Shown here: piece by piece, positions 52,316 through 62,988 of the stretch
Position numbering within the stretch: the stretch's first letter is position 1
Layout: each line of letters begins with the position of its first letter
Source: Candidatus Latescibacterota bacterium
Lineage (GTDB): Bacteria; Latescibacterota; UBA2968
Direction of reading: 5' to 3'
DNA length: 64,000 nt
Assembly (NCBI GenBank): GCA_965198115.1
Contig: OZ240241.1
Span: 2,464,001-2,528,000 of the forward strand
Program-made: the position numbers and the translations under genes
The notes under the pieces: model-generated
The model's input: the letters and a program-made list of their open reading frames with translations, nothing else
Told to the model about the DNA's origin: nothing
The model's database searches: none

Positions 52316-52896
52316 CCTCCATAGAGCCTGTGAGCCTCAATATACCCGGCGACCGGACGGCCTACAAGCTCGTCGATCGGCAATCCCCGCGATACCCGTT
52401 CTCTGATATCGGTCGATGAACAGTCGATCAGCGGGCTGTCGAGGAACGTCATCCGTTCTGCCAGATCGTCCGGGACCTCACCGTGCTCCCAGCCAGGCCG
52501 GCACAGCACCGTCACGTTCGCCAGGTCCAGCACACGTTCAGGGTCGTGCCAGCTGGCCATGTCGACGGCGTTGTCGGCACCGATCAACAGATACAGGATG
52601 CGCTCACCGTCACCTTCGCCCAGCACCCCGAGTGTGTCGACCGTGTAGGACTTCCCCGCACGATCGACTTCGATCCGTGAAACGGACGTATCCGGCTCGT
52701 CACGAACGGCGAGTTCGACCATCGCCAGACGATCTTCGCCGGGCGCAACGGGTCCCGGTTTATGTGGAGGGTCACCGACCGGAACGAAGACGACCTCGTC
52801 GAGTTCACACGCGCCCCGCGCGTGGCGCACGAGCGTGAGGTGTCCGACGTGAATCGGGTCGAACGAGCCGCCAAAGACTCCCAAACGCTCCGGCAT
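52312..52896 (-). CDS. nadD: Nicotinate-nucleotide adenylyltransferase
   Basis: GVFGGSFDPIHVGH, PPHK, SYTVDTL, IGAD, SSTDIR. Confidence 0.93.
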   Translation of the reverse strand: MPERLGVFGGSFDPIHVGHLTLVRHARGACELDEVVFVPVGDPPHKPGPVAPGEDRLAMVELAVRDEPDTSVSRIEVDRAGKSYTVDTLGVLGEGDGERILYLLIGADNAVDMASWHDPERVLDLANVTVLCRPGWEHGEVPDDLAERMTFLDSPLIDCSSTDIRERVSRGLPIDELVGRPVAGYIEAHRLYGG

Positions 52897-52897
52897 G

Positions 52898-53743
52898 TCA
52901 GCGAGGCTGTGCGGGACCGACTGCGCTCGAGTCCTCCGCACCCGCCACCGTCGGTGACACGCGGTTCCGAAGTTCCCGTTCCAGCTTTCGTTCGGTGTCG
53001 GCGTAGGCCCCCTGCTCCTCTACCGGCAGGTCCTCCGCATTCGTCTGCCGCAGGGCCTCCATCGCTTCTTCGAATCCTCCCTTCGCCGTGAGCGCACGAG
53101 CCAGGATCAGCCACGCAATTCTGGCGGATGGAGATTCGGGATATTGATCGAGGATCAGGCGGCCATAAACCTCAGCCGACGAAGGTCGCCCCCACTTCAT
53201 GTAGTTGCGCGCGTTCATCAGCTGCTTGCTCGCCAGCTTGTCCCTCAGATCCTGGATCCGTTTTCGAGCTTCCGGCGCGATCTCGCTGTTCGGATAGTCC
53301 TCGACGAAGCGAGTGAACTCCTGGATGGCCCGGGTCGTCTCTTCCTGATCGTGGTGAATCGACCGTGACTGGTTGAAGTAGCACATTCCGATCTGGAATC
53401 GGGAGCGATCGACCAGCGGGCTGACGGGATATTCGTTGATCAGACGCTCGAACTCGAAAATCGCGGTGATGTAGTCGTCGTTGCACAGATACGCCTGGCC
53501 GAGTCCGAACTGAGCGTCGTCGACATAACGCGAACCGGGGAAATCCGACAAAAGATTCCGGAACAGATTCTGCGCCCTCCAGCACTTTCCGTTGAGAAGC
53601 GCCTTCTGGCCGTCCAGAAAGTAGGTTTCTGCATCATCCCGACGCATTTTGTCCTGAGCGCATCCCGTCAAACCGAGGACGACGGCAAACACACCGATCG
53701 TCCACCGCCCGTAACGACACGTCTTTACCCAACACTCGATCAA
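52898..53743 (-). CDS. bamD: Outer membrane protein assembly factor BamD
   Basis: Lipobox LTGC, TPRs, DQEETTRAIQEF..YPNS..LASKQLMNARNY. Confidence 0.85.
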   Translation of the reverse strand: MIECWVKTCRYGRWTIGVFAVVLGLTGCAQDKMRRDDAETYFLDGQKALLNGKCWRAQNLFRNLLSDFPGSRYVDDAQFGLGQAYLCNDDYITAIFEFERLINEYPVSPLVDRSRFQIGMCYFNQSRSIHHDQEETTRAIQEFTRFVEDYPNSEIAPEARKRIQDLRDKLASKQLMNARNYMKWGRPSSAEVYGRLILDQYPESPSARIAWLILARALTAKGGFEEAMEALRQTNAEDLPVEEQGAYADTERKLERELRNRVSPTVAGAEDSSAVGPAQPR

Positions 53744-54477
53744 GGGGAAGTGGCCTTTGCCGCGCGGATCCGGCGAATCTGCTCCTGGGCTCGCAGCAGA
53801 TACTCGCTTTTGGGATAGTCGACGGTCAATCGTTTGAACTCGACGAGGGCGCTGTCCAGATCTCCCAGACGTTGGTAACAATACCCGAGCTTGATCTGTG
53901 CATCGTCGTCCTTTTCGGTCACCGCATACTGGAAGACGCGACGAAACGCCTCGATGGCAGCTGTGTAATTGCCTTCTGCGTAGGCGCATTCCCCTAGCCA
54001 GTACTGGGCGTTGTCGGCCAGATCACCCCTGGGATTGTGGTCCATCACCGCCCGGAACGCGACACGCGCTCGACCGTATCGTTCGGCGTCGAAGTGGGTC
54101 AGTCCCTCGTCGTAGAGGTCAACCGCGCTCGTGGCCGGTGCGGGTGCCCCTCCCTGCTGAACCGGCACCCCCCCACCCCTGAGCTCTACGATCTGCGCCC
54201 TCAGCGCCTCGACCTGTTCGGCCAGGGCGGACAGCCGGGCGGCTTGCTGACGCTCCGTCGCTTCCAGCCGCTCCAACCGATCGACGAGCAGGGACTCGAG
54301 ACGCTCCGTTCGTTCTGGTGGCGGTGCGCTCGCCTCGGCCACACCCGGCTCTTCTTCGGTCGTGGGAAGCGGAAGCTCGATCGGCTCTTCGATGGGGGGA
54401 CCGTACTCCTCGTATCGGGTCGATGCACAACCGGCCGTCCAGACGAGGACGGCCAGCGCAAGCGTGACGGCCTTCAC
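53740..54477 (-). CDS. cpoB: Tol-Pal protein CpoB/YbgF
   Basis: Lipobox TAGC, coiled coil, LADNAQYWLGECAY, DAQIKLG, YPKS. Confidence 0.85.
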   Translation of the reverse strand: MKAVTLALAVLVWTAGCASTRYEEYGPPIEEPIELPLPTTEEEPGVAEASAPPPERTERLESLLVDRLERLEATERQQAARLSALAEQVEALRAQIVELRGGGVPVQQGGAPAPATSAVDLYDEGLTHFDAERYGRARVAFRAVMDHNPRGDLADNAQYWLGECAYAEGNYTAAIEAFRRVFQYAVTEKDDDAQIKLGYCYQRLGDLDSALVEFKRLTVDYPKSEYLLRAQEQIRRIRAAKATSP

Positions 54478-54708
54478 GCGATTCTCCCTCTTGGTTGACG
54501 GAGGAGATGGGTGGAGGTTCCCACGAGGTGGAAGAGAACGTCGCAGGGCGGGGAAATGCCGTGCCGAACAGTCGTAAACTTGAGGATTTGCGCCAGTTAC
54601 AGCGTGGGTCAGTTCAAAATAAGCAAAGGGCCCATGCGAGTCAAGAAACGGCCCCGGACGCGGCATTCCACCTTGACCCGCCGAATGGCCCGCGCTTACC
54701 TTCGGCGA

Positions 54709-55458
54709 ATGGATCCTCTGAAGGCGCGCGTTCGTCACGGCTATTCGAGGGCGTGGGTCGTCCGTAAATACAGCTTGATCGGACTGTGGCCATCGGAGAT
54801 GCATCTGGTACGCGCGTACTTTCCACCCGGGTCGCGTCTGCTCGACATCGGGTGCGGTGCCGGCCGCACGTCCGTTCCGCTCGCCCAGGCGGGTCACGAC
54901 GTCGTCGCGATCGATCTGGCCACGCCGATGGTCGCCCAGACCCACGCCATCGCCGACTTCGCGAGCAACCACGTCAACGGTGTCGTCGCCGACGCCGCCA
55001 CGCTCCCGTTTCCCGAAAACACGTTCGACGGTGCCCTGTTTTCCTACAACGGCATCGAGCTCGTCCCCCGCGAAGCCGGAAAACGAGCGGTCCTGTCCGA
55101 GGTCTTTCGCACACTCCGGTCTGGCGGACACTTCATCTTCACCACACACGCCTTCGAGGCATTCAACCAGTTTGCGTGGTCCCGCGTCGAGCGAGCGGTG
55201 ACTCAGGTCGGACGGACACTCACGTTCCGATCAGACCCCCACGCCGAATTCGGCGAAATCATTCCCGATCCCGAGCACAATGTCGAGGTCTACTACATGC
55301 AGATCAACTCTCCGCGTAAATACCGTCGGATGCTGCGCTCGACCGGATTCGGGCTCCGGTACTTCAACAGTCGGTCGCGCATCGACGCGGCTAAACGGCC
55401 GAGCTGGATCGCCGATTTCGACGCCGACTTCAAGTGCTATGTCGCTCGAAAACCCTGA
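54709..55458 (+). CDS. Class I SAM-dependent methyltransferase
   Basis: LLDIGCGAGR, ADAATLPFPENTFD, LRSGGHFIF. Confidence 0.88.
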   Translation: MDPLKARVRHGYSRAWVVRKYSLIGLWPSEMHLVRAYFPPGSRLLDIGCGAGRTSVPLAQAGHDVVAIDLATPMVAQTHAIADFASNHVNGVVADAATLPFPENTFDGALFSYNGIELVPREAGKRAVLSEVFRTLRSGGHFIFTTHAFEAFNQFAWSRVERAVTQVGRTLTFRSDPHAEFGEIIPDPEHNVEVYYMQINSPRKYRRMLRSTGFGLRYFNSRSRIDAAKRPSWIADFDADFKCYVARKP

Positions 55459-55560
55459 CTCGACGGGCGTGTTCATCCTGGGCTCGACGAACGTCGACCT
55501 CGTCGTTCAGACAGATCGTCTACCGTTGCCCGGCGAGACGGTCCTGGGTGGCGACCCCTC
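55439..55560 (+). pseudogene. rbsK: Ribokinase N-terminal fragment
   Basis: VFILGSTNVDLVVQTDRLPLPGETVLGG then abrupt loss of similarity. Confidence 0.75.
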
Positions 55561-55682
55561 CAGACACAATTTGTCCCCGTTCCGACAGACGCCCCTCGCT
55601 CGACGTCAAACGTTACAAAAACGAGGCGGTCATCCACGCGAAATCCTCTGAGGCGCAACCTTCGAACGTGCGCCAGCACGTT

Positions 55683-55900
55683 TGCATCACCTCAGATTCA
55701 TCGGAGACGCCGTTTTTCAGAGGATAGGTTGCGCAACTTCCCAATGGTCCCCCAGAAAGTCGGTTAGGATGGTGTCCGGGAGCAGGAGAGACCACGACTC
55801 GGAGCGGACTGCTATCGATCGAGCGAAGATTGGCTGCAGGGTAGAGACTCTTAGCAAGTGGGTGCGGGCGGGGCATTACCGGATCAAGGACTTAGAGCGA
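55683..55900 (+). mobile_element. Degenerate IS3-family left end and OrfA relic
   Basis: VRMV..HDSERTAI..AKIGCRVETLSKWVR resembles IS3/IS629 OrfA; upstream TGCATCACCTCAGATTCATCGGAGAC resembles a left IR. Confidence 0.55.
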
Positions 55901-56015
55901 AAGGCCGAGAGCTCCCCCGGACCCGTGAGATCGGCGAGCCGTGGCCATCCTACGCGCAGGCAGGGCTCGATCACGCACGGTCGGACGTCATAGCGAGCAA
56001 CTCCAGGAAGGCGTT

Positions 56016-56880
56016 ATGCGGTTCTTAGTGGCTGCTGTCTTATTGATTGGCGTATCTACCGCCTCCTTACCTTTCCAGGCTGAGAGGAACGTCTTCCATA
56101 TTCCGCTCCTGGACGACGGCTATTACGCCCTCTCGGTTGCACGGAACATTGCCCTGGGAAACGGCATCACTATCGATGGCTCCGTGCCGACGAACGGTTT
56201 CCAGCCACTGTTCGTGTTTCTTTCTGCGCCCGCCTTCTTCATGGCAGGAGGAGACAGGGTTCTGGGAATACGCTTTGTTTTGGTGATCCATTGGTTGTTC
56301 TACGCTGGCACAGCCTATTTGTTAGGCCAGATTGCTCGAGATGCTTTTTTCAGGGAAGATGCTAAGAAAGCGACTACAGCATTTTGGCTCGCTCTGTTCA
56401 TCTACGTTTCTACGCTTTCCTTGCGTTCTGATAAACTTTAACGGCCTAGAAACCGGTTGTCTCTTGTTCTTCTGCAGTCTCGTTTGGCGCTACTACCAGA
56501 TCGGCCATATGGATACCTGGACAGGTTCGGTTGTTCTGGGTCTCCTTCTGGGACTGACAATCCTCGCTCGTATAGATACGGTGTTTCTGGTCGCCATCCT
56601 TTCGGCTTTTCTGTTTTGGTCCAAGCACGGAAACGAAGTCTCCACAAGACTGGCCCACACCGGAATCACTCTGGCGATAGCTTTCCTGGTATCCTCTCCG
56701 TGGTGGGTGTACAACCTGACGGGGTTTGGATCTGTCATGCCAACGAGTGGAACGGCCACACACTCCTGGGAGTTTTCTCTGAAGAGGATAGAGGCAGCGG
56801 CACTGTCTGTTTATTGGGTGGCGATACCTCCGGTCGTGACCAACCCCATCTACCCTGTTGGGTTCGACGGAGAGCTATAA
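56016..56880 (+). pseudogene. GT-C/ArnT-like membrane glycosyltransferase, frameshifted and truncated next to ISL3
   Basis: DDGYYALSVARNIALGNG..TNGFQPL, NGLETG, LARID, PWWVYNL..FGSVMPTSG; lower GC than flanks. Confidence 0.7.
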
Positions 56881-56901
56881 TCAAAAGGTGTGGAAAAAGA
56901 G

Positions 56902-58321
56902 GGCTCTATCCGGGTTTCTCAACGGTGAAACTATAGAATGACAAGGTCATAGATCGTTCCCTACGCTTGGTTGTGTGTGTAGGACAATCAAAGCGAAGGG
57001 GGTGCGACCTATGACCGGGAGCAGATTACTATCGAAACTGCTGAGATTCAAGGGGTTCCGTGTTGTCAGCTGGTGGTTTGAGGGGAGAAGCTGCTTCGTC
57101 ATCGCCGTAAAGCCACATAAGAATGGTTGTTGTTGTCCGGAGTGCGGCCGTCGAGGTAAAATCGTCCGCACAATGCCCCATCCGCGTCGGTGGCGTGACA
57201 TTCCGGTGTGCGGGTGGAGGGTCTGGCTTCTCTACCATCCTCGGGAGATTCGGTGTCCTACCCACGGTCGTGTGGTCGAGGAGATTCCGTGGGCGGAGCG
57301 GTTCTCTCGGGTGACGTATCGCTTCGAGTATGCCATGCTGCGCTACTGCCAGACCATGACGCAGAAGGCGGCGTCCGAGTTACTGCGCATCTCTGCCTCG
57401 ACGCTGTCGGATCTCCTTCACCGATCCATCACGCGGCTTCGTGAAGGTCATCGTATCCGAGGGCTCAAAACCATCGGGATCGACGAGATCTCCTACGCCA
57501 AGCGTCACAGGTACGCCACGCTCGTTTACGATCTGGACCGCTCCTGCGTGGTGTGGGTTGGCCGCGGCAGGGCGCGTAAAACGATCGATCGGTTCTTCAC
57601 AGAGGCTCTCAGTCCCTACCAGAGATCCAAGATCGAGTGGGCCTGCTGCGACATGAGCGAAGCTTACATCGGAGCCATCCAGGAACACTGTCCGAATGCC
57701 AAGCTGGTCCTCGATCGCTTTCACATCGTCAAGGCTCTCAATGCCGCCGTTGACGAGGTCCGTAAGGACCAGTGGCGTAAAGCTGCCCCGGATGAGCGCA
57801 AAGCCATGAAGGGCCTCCGATGGCTCCTCTACCGGCACTCAGCGACACGCTCCAGAGGGGATACTCGGACACTCAAAGCACTGGAGAAGGCGAACTACCG
57901 AATCTATAGAGCCTGGAGACTCAAGGACGAGTTCGAGCAGTTCTGGGAATACAAAGCGCCCTGGGCTGCCGAACGCTTCCTGAAATGCTGGACGACGTCC
58001 GCACTCAGAAGTCGACTTGAACCCCTGCGAAAGTTCGTCAGGACCCTGCGACAGCACTTCTTCGGCGTCCTCGCATTCGTGAACACGCGTCTTACCAACG
58101 CCATCGCCGAAGGCCTCAACCGAATCGTCCAAATCGTCAAGAACCGAGCCAGCGGATTCCGCACACTCGACGCATTCAACGATATGATCTTCCTTACCGT
58201 CGGAGACATAAACATCCCTGAGCAGATTCCGAAGAGGTTCCGCACACTCTAACCGCGCCCCCATGCCAGGAACCACGGCACCTTCACCCACTTCATCTCG
58301 TTGAGAGATCCGGATATAGCC
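56902..58321 (+). mobile_element. ISL3 copy 2 (1420 bp, intact), no target duplication
   Basis: Same IRs as copy 1; flanks AAAAAGAG and ATAAATAA differ. Confidence 0.93.
57011..58252 (+). CDS. ISL3-family transposase
   Basis: Full ORF with zinc finger and DDE motifs. Confidence 0.93.
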   Translation: MTGSRLLSKLLRFKGFRVVSWWFEGRSCFVIAVKPHKNGCCCPECGRRGKIVRTMPHPRRWRDIPVCGWRVWLLYHPREIRCPTHGRVVEEIPWAERFSRVTYRFEYAMLRYCQTMTQKAASELLRISASTLSDLLHRSITRLREGHRIRGLKTIGIDEISYAKRHRYATLVYDLDRSCVVWVGRGRARKTIDRFFTEALSPYQRSKIEWACCDMSEAYIGAIQEHCPNAKLVLDRFHIVKALNAAVDEVRKDQWRKAAPDERKAMKGLRWLLYRHSATRSRGDTRTLKALEKANYRIYRAWRLKDEFEQFWEYKAPWAAERFLKCWTTSALRSRLEPLRKFVRTLRQHFFGVLAFVNTRLTNAIAEGLNRIVQIVKNRASGFRTLDAFNDMIFLTVGDINIPEQIPKRFRTL

Positions 58322-59607
58322 ATAAATAAACGGTCGATCTCAATGTTGAGCCATTGGCCGGATCGTGTAGTTCCAGTCGCCGTGGAAATCGTGCGGAGTG
58401 AGATCGATTTGGGTCATCTGTTCATCGGTCACCTTGACCCCGTTAGGGTAGGGTCGCTTGTCGATCTCGGAGCGTACTCGGAGACCGGCTTGAGTGGTCG
58501 TTCCGGCAATGAGATTCACGGTTGCAGCCAGGCTGACCAGGGGCTTGCCTCGCCCAGTTCATAGCGATGAAGGAGAACAGGCGATGTTCGATCTTGTTCC
58601 ACTTACTAGTGCCAGGAGGGTAGTGGCATACGGTGATCGTCAGGCCAGTGCGATTCGCAAAGCGCTGCAGCTCCCACTTCCACAGCCGCGTCTTGGCGCC
58701 GTTGCTGCCGCCTGCGTCCGCCGTGATTAGCAGATGCGTCGAAGTGCCGTAGGCGGGCCGTCCCATGTTCTTCCACCAACTTCGGATCGCATTCACGGCG
58801 AAGCTGGCCGTGTCGTGATCGATACCGACACTTACCCAGCCTTCATCACGGCTCAGATCATACACTCCATAAGGGATCGCCTTGCCCTGAGCAGGCACTA
58901 TGAAATCGTGTACCTTCACACGCTCCGGGTCTCCCTTGGGTCGCCATTCTCGGCCAGGATTCTTGAAGTCGCCGATCAACTCTTTCTTCTTGGTGTCCAC
59001 CGAGATAACGGGAAGGCCCTGCTGCTGCTGCTGGCTAATCCGATCATCGAGGTAAACGAACTGAGCGTCCCGATCCGGGTGTGCAGATCCCTCCCTTGTC
59101 TTCCGATTCGCCTGCAGCGTGTAATCGTGTTCGTGCAGGAGATTGGCAACGATCCTGGGGCTCACCGAATGCCCCATCGCTTGCAACTCGGCGGCCAGTT
59201 TGCGAGTGCTCTTCGATGTCCATCTCAGAGGATTGTCGTCAGGCGACCCCGCAGTCGTTGGCTCGACCAGATCATTCAGGTCCTGCCACAGCGTCGGGTC
59301 CGTGTCGGCCTTCCGCTTACGACCGCCGCCTGGACGCCGGATGCGAGCCGGGTCCAAAGGTTCGTCCGACCTCAACTCCTGAATGCCACGAAAGATCCGC
59401 TCTCTGGACATTCCTGTCGCCAGAGCCACAATCGCGATCCCACCGTGACCCAACGCTTCGGCTTCCGTGGCGGCCCACAGACGACGCGTGCGTTCCGTCA
59501 GCACCGGAGCCAAGGCTTCATACTTCGTTCGGAGAGTTTCGACGTCCACACTCCGAGCGTAAGATCATTACCTTGAAAAGTGCAGCACTTATTTCGTGGC
59601 AAGCCCT
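58322..59607 (-). mobile_element. ISAzo13-family element; transposase 59549..58340 with frameshift near 58550; one IR clipped by ISL3
   Basis: LRWTSKST, DRDAQF, ISVDTKKKE, DHDT, TADAGGSN, PPGTSKWNKIEHRLFS, WNYTIRP; IR AGGGCTTGCCACGAAATAA at the 59607 end. Confidence 0.9.
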
Positions 59608-59610
59608 AAC

Positions 59611-60546
59611 TCAATGGCAGCGCAACGCGCGCTCAACGAACAGCGACAGAAAGCCCGAAACATCCGCCTGGACAATGCATCGCACTGGCCGACCCACCCG
59701 CTTCTCATCCTCCACTCTTCGTCGATCCACCACGACCTGACCCGCTGTCAACGTTCCGTCCACCTCCACGTCCAACCAGAAAGACTCCGTTCCGAAAAGA
59801 TCGGGCTCGAGCGTCCACCCGACTGCGACGGGATCGTGGAGGTGAATCCCCACAAAACCGCCCGTCGACCTTCCGTGCTCCACAACGACCCTGCTCGCCT
59901 CCTCGAAAAACCGGACGCGGTCCGTCGCTCCCTGTCCGACGAGCTGCCCGATATCCTCTTCCGTCATCCTGACCTGATGGGTGACGTCGAGCGGAACGAG
60001 GGTCAGGTTCGCTCCCGACGCCAAAACCTCCTTGGCGGCCTGAGGATCGGCAAAAAAATTGTACTCGGCAGTCGGCGAAGAGTTTCCGGGTACCAGGACC
60101 GCGCCCCCCATGACCACGACCTCTTTCGCTTTGCGCAGCGTGCCGGGATGAGCACGTTCGGCCAACGCGAGATTGGTCAGTGGGCCCACCGCCACGAGGG
60201 TCGTGTCGGCAGATCCTTCGCTCAAGAACTCGATGGCCCCTTCTCTGGCCTCGACACTCGCTGACGGCAGGATGGCGGAACCCAACCCACGATGACCGTG
60301 CACCTCTCGCGTATGGACGGGTTCGCGAACGAGTGGCCGCCCCGCGCCACGGTAGACGGGAATATGGCTCGCCCCGACAAACGCCAGGACATCGAGGGCA
60401 TTCTGCGTCCCCGTCTCCACCGGGACGTTCCCGGAAACGACCGTCACACCCAGGACCTCGATCTCGGGCGACGCGACCGCCAGCAGGATCGCGAGGGCGT
60501 CGTCCACACCGGGGTCGACATCCAGAATGACGCGTGCCAGTGGCAA
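59611..60546 (-). CDS. Nucleoside hydrolase (IU-NH family)
   Basis: DVDPGVDD, VHG, GPLTNLA, MGGA, AEYNFFADP, HDP. Confidence 0.92.
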   Translation of the reverse strand: MPLARVILDVDPGVDDALAILLAVASPEIEVLGVTVVSGNVPVETGTQNALDVLAFVGASHIPVYRGAGRPLVREPVHTREVHGHRGLGSAILPSASVEAREGAIEFLSEGSADTTLVAVGPLTNLALAERAHPGTLRKAKEVVVMGGAVLVPGNSSPTAEYNFFADPQAAKEVLASGANLTLVPLDVTHQVRMTEEDIGQLVGQGATDRVRFFEEASRVVVEHGRSTGGFVGIHLHDPVAVGWTLEPDLFGTESFWLDVEVDGTLTAGQVVVDRRRVEDEKRVGRPVRCIVQADVSGFLSLFVERALRCH

Positions 60547-60547
60547 A

Positions 60548-62068
60548 TCAGATCCCGTAGAGCGCTTCGTACTTGCGTGTCAGATGATCGATCAGCGGCT
60601 CGTGACTCAGGGGATTCCCCGTCACCTCCATCGCAAGATCGTTCGACCAGTAGCGCATGCCTGGGTGTAGACCTTGTCAGTCAGCCAGGATAAAAGCGGA
60701 GTAAACTCCCCTGCCGCGAACTGTGCATCCAGGTCCCCCACTTCTTCCAACGCCCGATCGTACAGCACCGCAGCGTAGAGGTTACCCAGTGTGTAGGTCG
60801 GAAAGTAGCCGATACCGCCGCCGCTCCAGTGGATATCCTGCAGGCATCCTTCGGCATCGTCCGCCGGTCTCATCCCCAGGTATGTTTCGAAGGTGTCGTT
60901 CCAGGCGCCCGGGACGTCACTCACGGGAAGATCATCGTTGATCAGAGCCTGCTCCAGCTCGAAACGGAGCATGATGTGGAGGTTGTAAGTCGCCTCATCC
61001 GCTTCGACACGGATGAACGATGGGCGCACATCGTTGACGGCGAGTACGAAACCCTCTTCGGCCACATCGTCCAAAACCCCGGGGAACGACGCTCGCAATT
61101 TTGGATAGAAGTGCCGCCAGAACGAGGGACTGCGCCCGACGAAGTTTTCCCACATGCGGGACTGGGATTCGTGGATGCCCAGAGACACGGCCCCGCCCAT
61201 GGGCGTACCCCAGTGCTCTTCGGCGAGCCCCTGGTCGTAGACCCCGTGCCCGGCCTCGTGCAGAATGCCGAAGAAGGCCTGGTTGAGTTCGTGCCGATCG
61301 TAGCGCGTCGTAATCCTCGTGTCTCCAGGACCCAGACCACTGCAGAAGGGGTGTGTCGTCACATCGAGCCGACCTCGCTCGAAATCAAACGATCGCGGCG
61401 GCGGCAGAGATCCCGAACGTCGCCTGCACATCCTCGGGAAAGTCCCGGTGCAGGATCGACAGATCGGGTTGTCTCGAAGAAGCCCTCACACGCTCCACGA
61501 GTGAAACGAGACCATCTCGTAAGGGCTCGAACACACGCTTCAGATTCTCGGTCGTCTCGCCGGGCTCGTAGTCCTCCAGCAGGGCATCGTAGAGTGAAGA
61601 TCCATTCGCCAGAGCCGCGGCCTCTTCCCTCTTCAAACGGACAACGTCGGTCAGCGTCGGTTCGAAGTGAGCAAAGTCCTTGTTGGCTCGTGCCTCCGTC
61701 CAAACCTGTTGTCCGACGGTTGTGACTCGGGCGATCTCCTCGACGAGTGACTTTGGCAGCTTGGTCGCGCGATCATACCAGCGGCGCCATTCCCTGACGT
61801 TCACAGCTTCGACCGACAACGGGTCCGCGATCATTTCATCCCCCTCGATCGCCGACAGCCACTCATCCATCACCGGATCCGTCAAACGCTCGTGGACCAT
61901 CCCCGCCAACAGGGCGATCTGATCACCTCGGTGAGCGGAACCGCCCTTGGGCATGTAGGTGCGTTCGTCCCAACCCAGAACCGATTCACACGATCCCAAC
62001 AGCGCGGTCTCTTTCGATCTCGCCCGCAGTTTCTCGTAGCCTTCTCTGGCTTTCATGGTTATCAGCAC
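60548..62068 (-). CDS. Carboxypeptidase M32 (Taq-like), frameshifts near 61390 and 60655
   Basis: WDERTYMP, HPF, RITTRY, HEAGH, HESQ, IRVEADE, GCLQDIHW, YFPTY. Confidence 0.9.
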
Positions 62069-62245
62069 TCACTGTTTGGGTTTCTGATAGCTCGTGAGGT
62101 CATCGCAGAACTCTACGCGACAGTCGCGGCCAACGGTCACCGCCCGAATGCTACAAGACCGTCATGAATCCGTCAAGCCTGGCGGATTCAACAAATGACG
62201 ATCCCGAGTCGTTGATTCCGGGCACACGCCACTCTATATTCCGTC

Positions 62246-62974
62246 ATGACCGATGTCGAGCACGACGAACTCCAGCGTATTCGATCCAAGGTCGCCGGAT
62301 TTCCGACCACCACGATCGAAGCTCAGGTCGACAGCGTCGCCCGTGCCTATTTCGTCGATCCATCGATAGAGCAGGAAGCCCGGGACTGGGGCCTCCGTTT
62401 TTGGCTTCCCGAAGCTCGAACGTTTCGGCACTTCCTCTACGCCTACAGCGCGCTCTTTGGAATCCCGGTTTTCACGCAGGAAGCGCTCGAGCGACAGCCG
62501 GATCGCTTTTCGAGAAAACGACTCCCCCTGACGATCCGGTCGACGGCCAGTTTCATTCTCGACGCCTTCGGTTTCGACCGTCGTACGGGTCGGGAGCGAA
62601 GCGTGCTCTACGCGCCAGGCCCCGTGATCCGCCACGTTCACGCGGGAGGGTTGGGGAAAGCCCGAATCAGCGACCCGGCGATGGCCTACTTCGTCGCCCA
62701 GCTTTTCAGGGCCTCCGAACGAAACTCAGGGGCCGAAGAGGGTCACTTCGACTACGTAAAATCGTTCCTGCACGCGGGTGCGTATGCTTTTCCCGCCACA
62801 CGGGATGCTCTGGAAGACTATATCGTCGACGTCGACCGCGTCCTGGCCGGGAATCGGTTTCAGGATCTTTGGGGCAACGTTCACCACGCGGCCGTCACGC
62901 TCGGTGTCGACGTGGACCTGGCAGATTTCCTGCCTCATCACACGGCCAGCTTCTACGGCCGCCATACTCGTTAA
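62246..62974 (+). CDS. Hypothetical protein (242 aa)
   Basis: Long ORF with coding-like codon usage; stops 14 nt before the selenoprotein gene. Confidence 0.65.
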   Translation: MTDVEHDELQRIRSKVAGFPTTTIEAQVDSVARAYFVDPSIEQEARDWGLRFWLPEARTFRHFLYAYSALFGIPVFTQEALERQPDRFSRKRLPLTIRSTASFILDAFGFDRRTGRERSVLYAPGPVIRHVHAGGLGKARISDPAMAYFVAQLFRASERNSGAEEGHFDYVKSFLHAGAYAFPATRDALEDYIVDVDRVLAGNRFQDLWGNVHHAAVTLGVDVDLADFLPHHTASFYGRHTR

Positions 62975-62988
62975 CAAGGAGGGAGACC

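Noticed and set aside
9303-58321. Composite transposon bounded by the two ISL3 copies
   Set aside because: Copy 1 has its own TSD, the outer flanks do not match, and the 46-kb interior holds core genes
59596-60264. ORF starting MASPNSMAAQRALNEQ, superficially like a flagellin N-terminus
   Set aside because: Antisense shadow of the nucleoside hydrolase gene that starts inside the IS end
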